A DNA stretch of 64,000 nt, from NCBI GenBank assembly GCA_002633005.1, contig NMRA01000537.1, forward strand, positions 62,001-126,000. The letters run 5' to 3'. Shown one piece after another: positions 14,201 to 26,200 of the stretch. The position numbers and the translations under genes are program-made. The notes below the pieces were generated by a model. It was given only the letters and a program-made list of their open reading frames with translations. It searched no databases and was not told where the DNA came from. Source of the DNA: Phoronis australis. Taxonomy: Eukaryota > Animalia > Phoronida. How positions within the stretch are numbered: position 1 is the first letter of the stretch; the number at the start of each line of letters is the position of its first letter.

Positions 14201-17200
14201 ACGAAGGGAAATTATACGCTCACAAGATGGACGTTCAGTTCCCAAACAGGGTAGTGCCGGTATGACTTAATGCAGCATTTCGCTGTTGTTTAGCTGTCAA
14301 TGTTGAATTCTGGACCGAATTAGGGTTTCACTGTTTACCATTGGTACAATAAGTAGAATCCCATACCGTACTCGTCCGCGTTTAACGCCCAGAGCGCTTA
14401 AATTGGGAATCTTAAAAAACGGGGTGGGCGGTAAGCCGAGCATGGGCGCTTGAAAATGAAAAAATGAAATTTTCGAGTGTGGGCAGTAAGCCGAGCATGG
14501 GCCATAACCCTGACGAGTATTAGGAGACCAATTTTATGTGAGTAAAATATCGAAACCGATTTTCGTTTTTTATTCAGCTAAGCATTGCAAAATGCAGCTT
14601 TAAAGTTTAAATAACATGTTTTACAACCTTTGTGTCAATGATTTTTATAACATATTTCATATTTCTTCCACCAGTGTCACACTTCATGATTTCAAAATTG
14701 CTCAGTTGAATACTAAGGCTTATGCTTAACTGGACCCGTAATTTCGTTTTGATTGGACTTAATAGAGCGGAATTTGATGATGCAGAAATCACTCACTGCT
14801 AAACGTTTAATTTCTTGAGTTGATGTTATGTCTGTGAAAACAAGTTGATACCTTAATGTGGAGCATGCGCTAATTCCTTATCTCTTTGATTTCTTGGCCA
14901 AATTAGTTAGAAACACAACATATAGCGACGATGTGAATATTAAGTAGGTTGAAAATTGCCAAATGTTTTTAAGAACTAGTTTTGTGTCGCGAATGATCCG
15001 CCGCAAATCACTGAACCGTGTCCATCAAGTATCGTGACATGGTTCTGGAGAAATGCATAATGCGGGCTTATGTCAGCCTGTGAGGTACGTCATTAGTGCA
15101 AAGATCACCAATCTGCAGAATTTGTTTGTTTTCACAAAAGTCATTTATAGGCTGTCATTGAATACAACTGCACTTTGTTTAGCACTAGAATAGCATTGCC
15201 ATTTAGTTTCTGCTATACATTAGTATAGGAGCATGCAAATACATCTTTAACTGAAACCTTGTCAGTCATCGTATGATTTAAATAATTAAGGGTGATGTAA
15301 ATTTGATGTCTGAAATATTCAGTAGTTTAGAATAGCTTGAAATTTTGTAATTTACATCCGTGCATAACAATATAACTCCGTATTTAGTCAAAAAGTAGAT
15401 ATGTTTCAAATGGCTAATTCTGCCAGACATCAATTGTAATTCAGTACGTAATCAATGTGCTGGTTGTCTCTGCAAGTCAATGTACTTGTTTGATTCATTA
15501 CGGATTTTGTTATTTTATAGTTTCTGTGGCTGAATGCATTAATCATTTCCATTTGTTACAGTAATTAGAAACTTCACTGAGTGCATTTTCTAAATGTTTT
15601 GAAGATATCGAGCGCGCTGGCTGCTCATCTCCGCTTTTTAAGCTTTATTCATTGCTCTAGTTAAACTGCTGTAGTGTGCAGGAAGTGACAACCTGTCGTT
15701 TTATTGATTGATCCATGTCACGTCACTTTCTTCATTAATGTTATCTATGTGACCACCTAAGACATACAGATGGATGAACGTTTAAGCCTCGCTTACCTTC
15801 TCTTCTGGTTTCAGGTGACGAAATGGTAATGGATGAGTTTGGTATAATTCATGATGCCACGGATGTATTCAGCCATTTTGAGCCGACGCAGCGGACTGAC
15901 TCTGGTCTCGGTGCGGATAAGCGTAGTACCACCTCTACCGGTCGACTGACTGATTTTAATTTCCCCCACGATGCCCTGCAGGCTTACGATACAAATGACT
16001 CGCATCCTCTCGATGAAAAGAGTTTGAACATTAGCGACTTCGAAGACTCGACGGCACGCGATTCACTGAAGGAACCGGTGTTGGTAGATCACGTGTCGCT
16101 GTCTAGTGAGGATGAGCCGGAATTGATGTTCAACAATACATTTAATACTCAGAATACAAGTATTCAACAAAATGGCAGCCATTTCCATGATGACCACGAC
16201 GGTCAGTTTAACATGGAGGATTTGCGAAATCAGGGTGTTATAAGCGATGATGATTTTAATGACAACAGTGAAGATCACTCGAAACGCAGTGATCTATTCT
16301 CTGACCATAAACTCAGTAATGGTTTGGATGTTGAGGAGGACAGTGGAAAAGTGAATTTAAATTCAGACAGGGACTTAAGTTTTGGTCAGGATTTGAAAAA
16401 CCAGGGTGTTATTACAGACGATGATTCTCTCCCCTTGTATTCCCATTCGCTGTTGGAATTTGAGAATCTCGAAGCAAAGATGGCTGACGACTCCATGCCT
16501 GTGGCATCAGGAGACGACCCTTTGGCTGATTACTTGCACAAAACTCCACGTCGACACAGTGGTGGTCTTATCACACATGAACTGACATTCAGCAGCTCCA
16601 ACATCACCGCTGAGGGCGATGATGGAAAAGAGGCTCCAGACGATGATTTTACAATCAGTGAACACTCGTCCGTCGATCCACCGTTGAGCAAGACGAGTCA
16701 CCAGATGGCGTCAGGGGACAAGACAGGGTTGAATTTGTCGGTGATGGAACACAAAAATGCTTCCATTGACCAAACATTGCTAGACCAAGACATTCAGGAA
16801 GTGAAGTTCCCAGATTCCTTTTCTAGACACAGCACACCACAGCCATCGAAGATACCGAGATCACAACCGCAGTCCCCATCCCGTTCACGAAGTTCTTCTC
16901 CCATTAAAGTTACCGTGTCCCGTGGAAACAGTCCCACTTCTGGCTTCAAAAGCCGCTTGCCTGTTAGAACGCCATCCCCCAGTCTTAGAAATCATTCCCG
17001 GGGTAATAGCCCGAGTCTCCAGCTCAAAAACCAAGTGCCTTTACACTCAGTGCCGCCTAGTGTGCAAAATTTGTCTCGTGGGTCGAGTCCAGAACTTGAT
17101 TTTCGTAGTCGCTTGCCAATCCGTTCGGTATCTCCTGCTACTAGGAGCCGACCTGTTAGTAGGACTGCGGAGAGAGGTTCACGACAATCGAGTCAGTCGC

Positions 17201-20200
17201 CTGGCAGTCGTGACAGTCACCCTCATGTGCGTTCTCAGTCTCGGCAAAGCGTACTTCAGTCTCCGATGGAGTCTGATGTCGATCAAGCAGGAAGGAAGCA
17301 TTCATACAGCAGTAACCGTCCGCGGTCTCGTAGTGCCAGTCGAGCAAATACCCCAGATATTAAGCCGTGTACAGACAGTAGATCGCAGTCGCCTCTGGCA
17401 GAGGGCAGTAGGAGAGGATCAAAAGAAGTTTCCGACATCATGGCGTCTCAATTGGCATCATCGCTGAATGGCACTGTTAAGGACTCAAACCGATCAAACT
17501 CTGCTCCGGTGCAGGACCAGAAACTTAAGAGCAGCAAGTCCAGCCGTCCAGGCTCTGCTAAAATATCTAAGAATTCCAAACCAAATCATTCCGAATCGCT
17601 GGCTTACAATCATTCCAAGCCAGATATCCCAAAGATGCTTGTCAATCGGCCCGAAACTCCAAAGCATTTCAAAATAAAAGGTTCTTCTGTCGCCAATAGC
17701 AACACTGCCAAAGATACCAGGCTAAAGCCAATCCGTGCCACGCAGAGCTCACAAGAATTCTCCCAGGATCGTTATTTGTCCCAGAGCCACTCAGAGGCTG
17801 AGGACCGATTTTCACTCAGCCAACTGTCAAATCCTTCGTCGGGAGGCCGTCGCCGTGACGACGAACTTGTTCATCAGCTACAAGACGAATATGACAAGTT
17901 GTTGGAAAAGTATGCTCTGGCCGAAGTGACCATCGACCAGTTGAAGCTTGGTGCTAAAGTACGTCTACACTCTGACCCGCCGACCCCTGCTCAGGCCTCC
18001 AGAGGGGTGGTAGCCGCTGCACAGAAGAGCCAAGTGATTCAGATGCCCACAGTGGGCAAAGCTCAAGTCGGCCATATTGGACTGCCAATGCAAGGTCAGT
18101 AGGTTTAATAATATTTCATTTACTAAAGGAAGTTGTTTCTATACTTATATATTCCTTTTCAAGGATAGTTGCTCTTATTGTCTATTTGTCATTCTGTTGA
18201 CTTTATAATTTAACCATACCCATTAAACAAATTTTTGCCTGTCTGAATTTTTTGAATAATTGGCATAGTTGCAACAACTTCATATTTGCAGTTATTGCAG
18301 GAACTAAAATATTTTTCAAAGAGCTAAATAGCATTGCTAAAGTCTTTATTAACTTTTTATATACAAATGACATTACAGTTGACTGAAAAAAGTAATTGCA
18401 CAGATATCGCTCTTCCGTATCTCAGTGGTAAGAGCGCTTGACCGGCAATCTAGAGATCTGTGGTTCGATTCCCATTTGTGTTCCCGATTTTTCTATTTTA
18501 TTTTAGATTTTTCTACTTTTAAAGTCCATGCAGTTCAGGATTTCTGTTTTGGTTCTTGTTTTTGAGCGGAACCATTGGTTCGTCCAGGATTTCAAAAATA
18601 AGGCGTCTAAAATGGGTTTCACTAAAACTGTGATCACGTTTTTGTTACTGTGGTGACCAATCTTTTTATTCTCCCAGAGCTTATGCCAGTAAGTTAAGAG
18701 ACACCCCAGCTTACTTTCTTACTTTTCTTGTTCGTTCAAATGCTAAGCACAGTGTCCCCGCTAGAGTGTCCAATTTTGAGTCAGGGTGCCTATTTGGTCA
18801 GTGGTCATCCTGGACTCCTTCTAGATTTGGGCCTGGATGGAATCCGTTAATATTATTTGGTAAGATAGCGATCCTAATTTATACTGGGGACAGATTTATG
18901 TTTCTTGTTTCTCGCACCGTGGGAAGATTCACTTCCATAATATTCATATTTGAATGAATTTTGCAACTTCTGCTTGACCTGGTAGTATTGTGTGGTAGTG
19001 GAATGATGAATTCAGAATCGTAAGTTTTTGTTGGCCATTATTTCCGCAACTGCTGTTTCTTGACTCAAGGTAAGCTGCATAATGTTGTGACACCTGGTGG
19101 TCATTCTGGGAATCTACAAGTCAATGGCAGCTCAGGTCCGTCGATGTTTCCATCCCATCACGACTCGTTCCATGGCAATCTCCTTGAGACCAGTGCAGTC
19201 CCGAATTCTGCGGAGCGTAGTGATGTCATCGGCATGGCAGATGACAATCCATTGCTAACAGCGACGACCAGTGGAGAGTGTGCCAAGATGGCGCTAATCT
19301 TTCAAGCAAGAAGTCTAGAGGAGCAGGTAGGACTAATGTTTGTTTTGACACTAGGGGTCAGGGCTTACAGTGGACATCTCCCAAGTGCCTAGATGTATCA
19401 CCAATGCTTAGGTCTTTCACGAGGCTTGTACTATCCAAACCTGGTAATTACAGTTCTGTACAATAGACATAAATTGCACGTTGTTACATTTTTCTTCCAA
19501 TGGTCACCTTTTGTTTCTTGGATATTCCGTGAGAAGTAAAAAGTGCTATTAATAATATTTTTAATCATGTGATGAGAATTTTATTTATAGTGCTAGGTTT
19601 TGTGAATATTTTGACCTTAAAGTAAAAATAAAATAATTTAGTCCTCGAATGGTAGTCGTAGATTCGAGACAATTTTGTTGACCAAAAATTGAAGTGGTTG
19701 TTAAACATCCAGTTATGTAAGAGGTCACTAAACTTGACAGATGAAGGAAAACGATAAATTGGTTGTCTGGAGATATTTTTGATAGCTGTTTCGGTTCTCA
19801 ATAGGCTACTGTAGTTATTTGGTGGGTTGGCAGGAAATTGGCCAATTTCCACAATCATTTCCTGCTGTTTTTACGTCAACGTTGTATTACCCAAAATGTC
19901 ATGGAATCAAAATGCTTCATAAGTGCTTGAACTGGGGGGATAGTTGCTTTGGTGATGTCTCAAATTATAAACTTTAGTGTTGACTTTATTTTTCCTTAAT
20001 GGAAAAGAAACGATACCTTTGATGATCAAACACAAGCTGGAGTATATGTGTATACTGACTGAAGTTAAAGGTTTTTCTGAATGGATTCTTGATAGTCAGT
20101 ACTGTAAATAGTTATGCCAGTAGTTATGCCAGTAGTTATGTCAGTAGTTAAGGAAGGGAAACGATTGTGTTGAACAAAAATACATCATTTTTAGCACGTG

Positions 20201-23200
20201 AAAAAAGTCTTCGACGTGCTATTCCTCTTCTTTAAAAGCATCTTTAGTGTTTGGATTATACGACAGTCACAGCGTCTTCTCACTAACAGAGCTGATCGTT
20301 AAAATTATCGTTCTTTTTTATCAACGCTATGGCGGAAAGATATTATGCTTGTACTGATATCAGTGATACTGATGATATCAATGATACTGATATCAATTGA
20401 CGCATTTCTGGAATCCAGAATTGAGCTTTTTGTAATAAGTGTTTGCATGTTGTTGAAATAATGAAAAAACAAGAGAAAGAGAAGGGAACATCCACTGTTA
20501 AAAAGATATTGTGAATAAGGCTGGGTTTTCTACTTAATAATATTTGTAAATTGTGTCTGAGTTTGTTATTGTGTTTTTAATCTGGACAATGAACTTGGTC
20601 GATTCGTTAAAAGTTTGCAACACGTGTCGTTCTTTGACAAGATTAAAACGGATTAAAAGATTTATATTTCTGTCGATAATTGTGCATTTAATACCTTGCT
20701 CTACAGGTTGATTCATTTACAGGTGCATGCATATTTAATAGGAACTCTCGTTGTCTCTAATCCCGAGTACCTTCGTGTCTCGATTTTGTCACTGAAGCTA
20801 ATATGCTCATCAATATTTCAGGCGATCATTTCCACCTTGACTCGTTCACACAACTTGTAATCTCGTGTTTTACATGCACACCAGTGCTGAGATTTTTGTG
20901 AACGAAACAATAAATTTTGAAATAGAAAGTGAATTAATACAGTAAAGTGAATAGTAAATAATAAAATGAATGATAAAATAGAAAATGAATATTAGTAAAA
21001 TGAAAAAATGAATAGTAAAATGAATCATGAATAGTGAAATGGAAAATTAAGTAATGAAATGAATTTTATAAATAAGTCATAAAGAAAAGACATAAACTAA
21101 AGATTTATTATGCAATATGCACATGCATGAAATAGAATGGGCCACAACTAAAACCTTGGTACATTGTTGTTATGTACACTCCTTAGCAACACTGTATTTT
21201 GTCAAATATCTACAAAACTATGTACTCTGCTAAAATATTATAGTTTTAGAAAGTAGAAAGCCTGTATAACTTAATTTTTCACTTTATACCAATCTGCTAC
21301 TATTGAATCATGTGACCTTGTCTTTTCAGTAAAATTGTAAAATTTAACTAACAATAAATGTGACAAAACATTGGCATTATAGTTTTTGAAAATAAAAATA
21401 CAGGCTTTCTGAAGTACGTTGTATTGTAATGTGCTCATCAATATTTCACGTGTTCATTTCCAGCTCGACTCGTTCACGACTCTCCTCAACGAGGACCAGC
21501 TGACTCTCGTTGAGCAGGAACGAGTGTGCGAGCGAATCAGAACGGACTTGGAACAGTTGCAGCATGACTATAGGCAGGCGCGGGACGAGCATGACCGCGT
21601 CAGACGGCAGAACGTGCTCGCCAGCGGTGGCAGCCAGGTGAGAGTGTATGTGATGGTCGGTAACGTGACACTGGTTTCCAGAGGAGCGTGTTCTGTAATG
21701 TTTTTGGATTATTGCTCTTTAAAGTGCTTTTGGAGAATCGCGTGGAAGCAGTGTAGTGTATAATTCCTGGAATATTTGTGTTGTGATTAAAAATTGCGGT
21801 AAATTATGTGACGGCCTGAGACGGAATTTCTCAATTTTTGAAGTGAATGAAATGGTGTAATGTTCAGTTAAAATAATTAAAATGTGGCGATCGTTTTTGT
21901 GCTGATGTTTACTTTACATTTTATGAGCAGTATAGTAAGCGGTGTCATGGTGATGAGGCAGGTGACTGATGTGATCATTTTTTTACGCTTTACTCTAGAT
22001 AAAGTCGCGATTATGTTAATGTATTCTGAATGTGGCGTTAATGACTGTTAGCGCTTCTGTTACGCCAGATCACAATGAAAAAGTCGCCAAATGTGAATCA
22101 ATTTGAATGACGTGTTGTTTTGATTATTTTTGTAAGAAGTGTTTGTCTCAGTCTTAAAAATTGATGCAATTTTATGTTATTTACAGGTTTTCTTTGATAA
22201 CGATAAGTCCCTGGAGGGGGAGCTGTTCAAGCTGGGAATGAAGTTGGAGGGTGTGCATGAGAAAGTCGAGGATAACCTGAAACAACAAGCCAATCAGAGG
22301 AGGCCGTTTCAGGATGACCGAGCGGTGCCACGCAGCGAGAGCGGAAATGCATTGTCGCCTTCGGCAGATGCTCAGTCTTCCCCACCTGGTGGTGAGCTTC
22401 AAAAAGATCATTTTGTTCATTTTTGAAAATCATCAACGGACATCAACACTGTCGTGCATTTAATGTACTTCATGAGATTGTAAAACCAACCAAATTTAAA
22501 AATTTAAAAAAAATATTTTTCAAGTTTTGTAAGTGTAGCATGCAATGTAAAATTTTTCAGTTTGAAAAATTTTGAGAATGGTGAGTGCTTGTATTGTGTG
22601 TTATCATCTTCAGCAAATGTCTACCACGCCACCTAGTGATGAACTTCCTTGAGAACTATTTTATCGGAATTTGTGCCTCACAGATATGTACATCAAGTTG
22701 GCGCTGTTGTTCAACAAAAGCACAGCGGTCTTGTTAATTATGACTGTAGGTGACAGGTGTAAAGTTTAAAGTAGATGCGCGTCCCTCGGGTACACAAAAT
22801 TTATGAAGCTCTTCCCAATGCGCACCTGTCAATGGATGTATTGTGCACTGTTAGTATTATTAGTAAACAAATTACTGTGCCAGTTCCCATACTTGACTTA
22901 AGGTCGCACATTTTCCAATTCTGTGTGGTCCTCAGGTGCATGATTTTGTCGATTAAATTTTAATTCGGACAGAATGTTACTTTGGCACAGTTATTGGCAA
23001 GTGTATTTCACGCTCGCTACCACCGCTATTGCAGAACCACAGGGTGATCACGTCACCAATCTGGAAAACAAGGTAGAGCAGCTTCTGGACGAGTACAATG
23101 CTCTGATTGGCCGCTACAATGAACTTAAGTCACTGCCAGCGACGCAGTCACGTGACGCGGAGATTGACGCACTGCTGAGACGTCTACACGAGATCAGTGC

Positions 23201-26200
23201 GCAGTCGCCTCGCCTTCTGAACGTACAGCTGCCAGAGATATTGCCTGCTCAGCCAACAGGGGGAGCAGGTGGAGGTCTTCTATTGGACACCTCGGACAGT
23301 TCTGAGGTGAGCATGTGGCTATGGTGTGCAGGTTGCTGCTTGATCTCCACATCATTTTAATCTTCTTGAATGTTCAATGCTCATTTTTAATTGAGAGTCG
23401 TTTTGTGTAATTCACAAACAATTCGTAGTCTAAATTTCCAGGCCAGTTCAAGATTTACATATTTAAGTAAATGTGTAAAGAAAGTAACATACAATACGAC
23501 TGCCAACGTAACAGGTTCACCATCATTCTCAAGGCTATGGAAATATGGCTGTCCTAATGTGGGGTGTCACTAAAATGAGAATATCTACGCAAGGCTAACT
23601 ACAAAATGTGGAATCACAGTCCTACATGTACAGTGACATTCTGTAAGGAGTAACCTGGATATTTAGATCACGAGCGTGTTCAGTTATTCAGGACTAAGTT
23701 GTTTGAACAACTAACTTGTTCGAACGACTAACTTGGCACCAGGGACTCCAAAAGAGCTCCCGCTAAGAAAAAGGTCCTGTTGTGGCTCTTAAGGAAACAA
23801 GGTTTGAAAATGCCACCTATGGGGGCTTATTCGGATCTCTTTGCATGCTTTGAAGTAGACTTGATTGTTTGTATTGGTATTACCCTTTGCAGCCGGCGAA
23901 GGCTCACAAGTCTGAAAAACATGCTAAGGACCTGTACGTCAGTTCATCTGCAGCTGAGGAGGCAGCGAGTCAGAGTAGGCCGTCTAAGGTCCGAACTAGA
24001 CAGCGTAAGCCTAACCCAGACAAACATAAGGTCAGTGGAGAGTCTCGTACAACTGTTATTTAAGTGTGACTAGCTATTAATAATTGATTCATAGTTAATT
24101 AAACAGCAGGCCATTTGTGTCTTCTATTCTCTTCATTAATAATCAAGTGTGGTTATGTTTCTCACATTTCATCGGATCATGGCTTGTAACCTCTGTTGTA
24201 GAACCCTCAAAATGGCCACAGTAGTGTAGCAGACAGTGGGGTGTCCACGCCAGCCGACTCGCGCAAATCTGCTCCGCGAGCCGGGAGTCACGTGACCACA
24301 GATGGAGATAGTGGTTTCATGGGATCAGAAGGCAGCCGTCAGTCTCGGGATCAGGCTCTTGGCAAACTGCCAAGGTATGATGTTCCTTTTTTTCTCATGT
24401 TGTATGAGAATGTGCGGTGTTATAACTTTATGTTAGCATTCTCTGGGTGTGATATGGGTGACTTGTTGAGTGTAAAATACTTTAAGGAAGGGTCAGTTTG
24501 AGTCACATTTTTGTGAGTAGACCTTTTTATGACAATTGAACTGTATCTATGAGAACCAAATTTGGTGACAGCTTCTTGCTTCGGTCATGTTTTACACTAT
24601 TAGTTCCTCAAGTTATTTTTGTTTTATCCAGGTTGAAGGGCCTCAGATCGTCAGTAAAGGCCACCGAACTGTCCTCAGTCACCAGTAACCAGCAGGAATG
24701 GTCAGGGACAGACGTGAGCACTACGGAGTCAGTGAAGCCACAGGCTGATGCAAGGACAGTCAGGGGAGACAAATCAAACACACGTCAGGGTAAAGAAGCC
24801 TTGTTGTTCATAGCTCGTGGTAGTTTCTTTCAGTGAATTCTTATAATAATGTTAAATTCAGAATCTTCAAATTTGCCGAAGAATTAGTTTTTATTACGAT
24901 TCCTTGTCCATATTCATTGGTCTGCCGGTGGCCTTGCATTAAGGGCCTGTTGAGTGAGAATTTTGACACCTTGCCTAATAAGCTGTGCCTACCAATCTCT
25001 AATGTGCTTCTGTGTGAAAGTTATTGATTACTGGAATCATTTGTCCTGAATACTGTGACTTGATAGTCATTTGTTGATTGAAGCAATTATTCATCATGGC
25101 TACCAGGTGACATTTTGAAAGTACTCAGCATTGCCATGATTATGTGACTTTATTCCAATTGTCTAACCTTTTCAGAAGAACCAGCGTCTTCCCGAGTGTC
25201 CAGTCGCAGGGTGAGCATAGACTCCACCAAAAGGCAGCGCCACCGTGCATCCACTCCAGACACGGATAAGTCATTTGTTTCTCAGAGATCAAGAGCATCC
25301 TCGCGAAGCAGCGTCAAGAGGTAGCCATGTTCTTTGTAATCGGTGACTTGCCTTTTGTGAAATTTTATATTTTCACTCGAGACATGTAATGGATGAATTG
25401 TGTCTTTTTGCTTTTTTTCTGAATTTTCGTCAGACTTTCTATCGACATCAGAAATTTTAACATTGGCCATTTAGTGACAGATCTGTTCCATTATAGTTAT
25501 AAGTGCATTATAAAATGTATTCTTGTGACAATTTTTCATCTTAATTTTTTTGAATTTGCTAATTGATTACTCAATGAATTACCAAGTCTCTGACTATCCA
25601 GCGCATTTTACTAACTAATTTTAAGAGATTTATTCTGTGTTTTAATGAATTAACTATTTAATTTTGACTATTGTTTTGCAGTGAGAGGCTGAACCAGCTC
25701 CAAAATCAAATTGAACAGCTTAGACTAGAATTGCAAAAGAGCAATCAAACAGAAGATACTCATCCTAAAGAGGTCGCTAGTAGTGGTGAGCCACACAGCA
25801 GCGGGGTTAGACAGCACCTAAGCAGTGACGTCGGCGATGGTGTCCGTCATCAGGTGCCACCTGGTGTTCAGAATGGACAGAGGTACGTATAATGTTTGTT
25901 TCGTCTTGTTGCTAGTGTTGCAACATTGACAACAGCTTTTCACATAAATTACATGATTCTAGCTTTCATTTCACCCAGTTTTCAGTTCAGTCATGTTATT
26001 AATTTTTTTCATTATCGTTGCCATAGATTTGAAAAACTATTTATCTTCAACAGACTGTTTTGTTTTTGAAAGGGGGGTGCTTCTTCTTGAAGACATAATT
26101 ACATTGTAATTGTTTTGAATATTCAGATCTCCTTTCAAGGAGAGCTCAGTAATATTTGCTATTCAAATCATCGATGGCACAAACATCAAGTACGTCTTTC

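Noticed and set aside
15040-15090. Strong donor-like GAG/GTACGT near 15085 as a third alternative AKNA first exon
   Set aside because: No ATG-initiated phase-1 frame; could only be non-coding and has no other support.
16922-17929. Alternative-frame ORFs overlapping AKNA exon 2
   Set aside because: Shadow ORFs expected in GC-richer coding sequence; no independent signal.
18410-18485. Functional tRNA gene
   Set aside because: Acceptor and anticodon stems do not pair properly; treated as SINE head or pseudogene.
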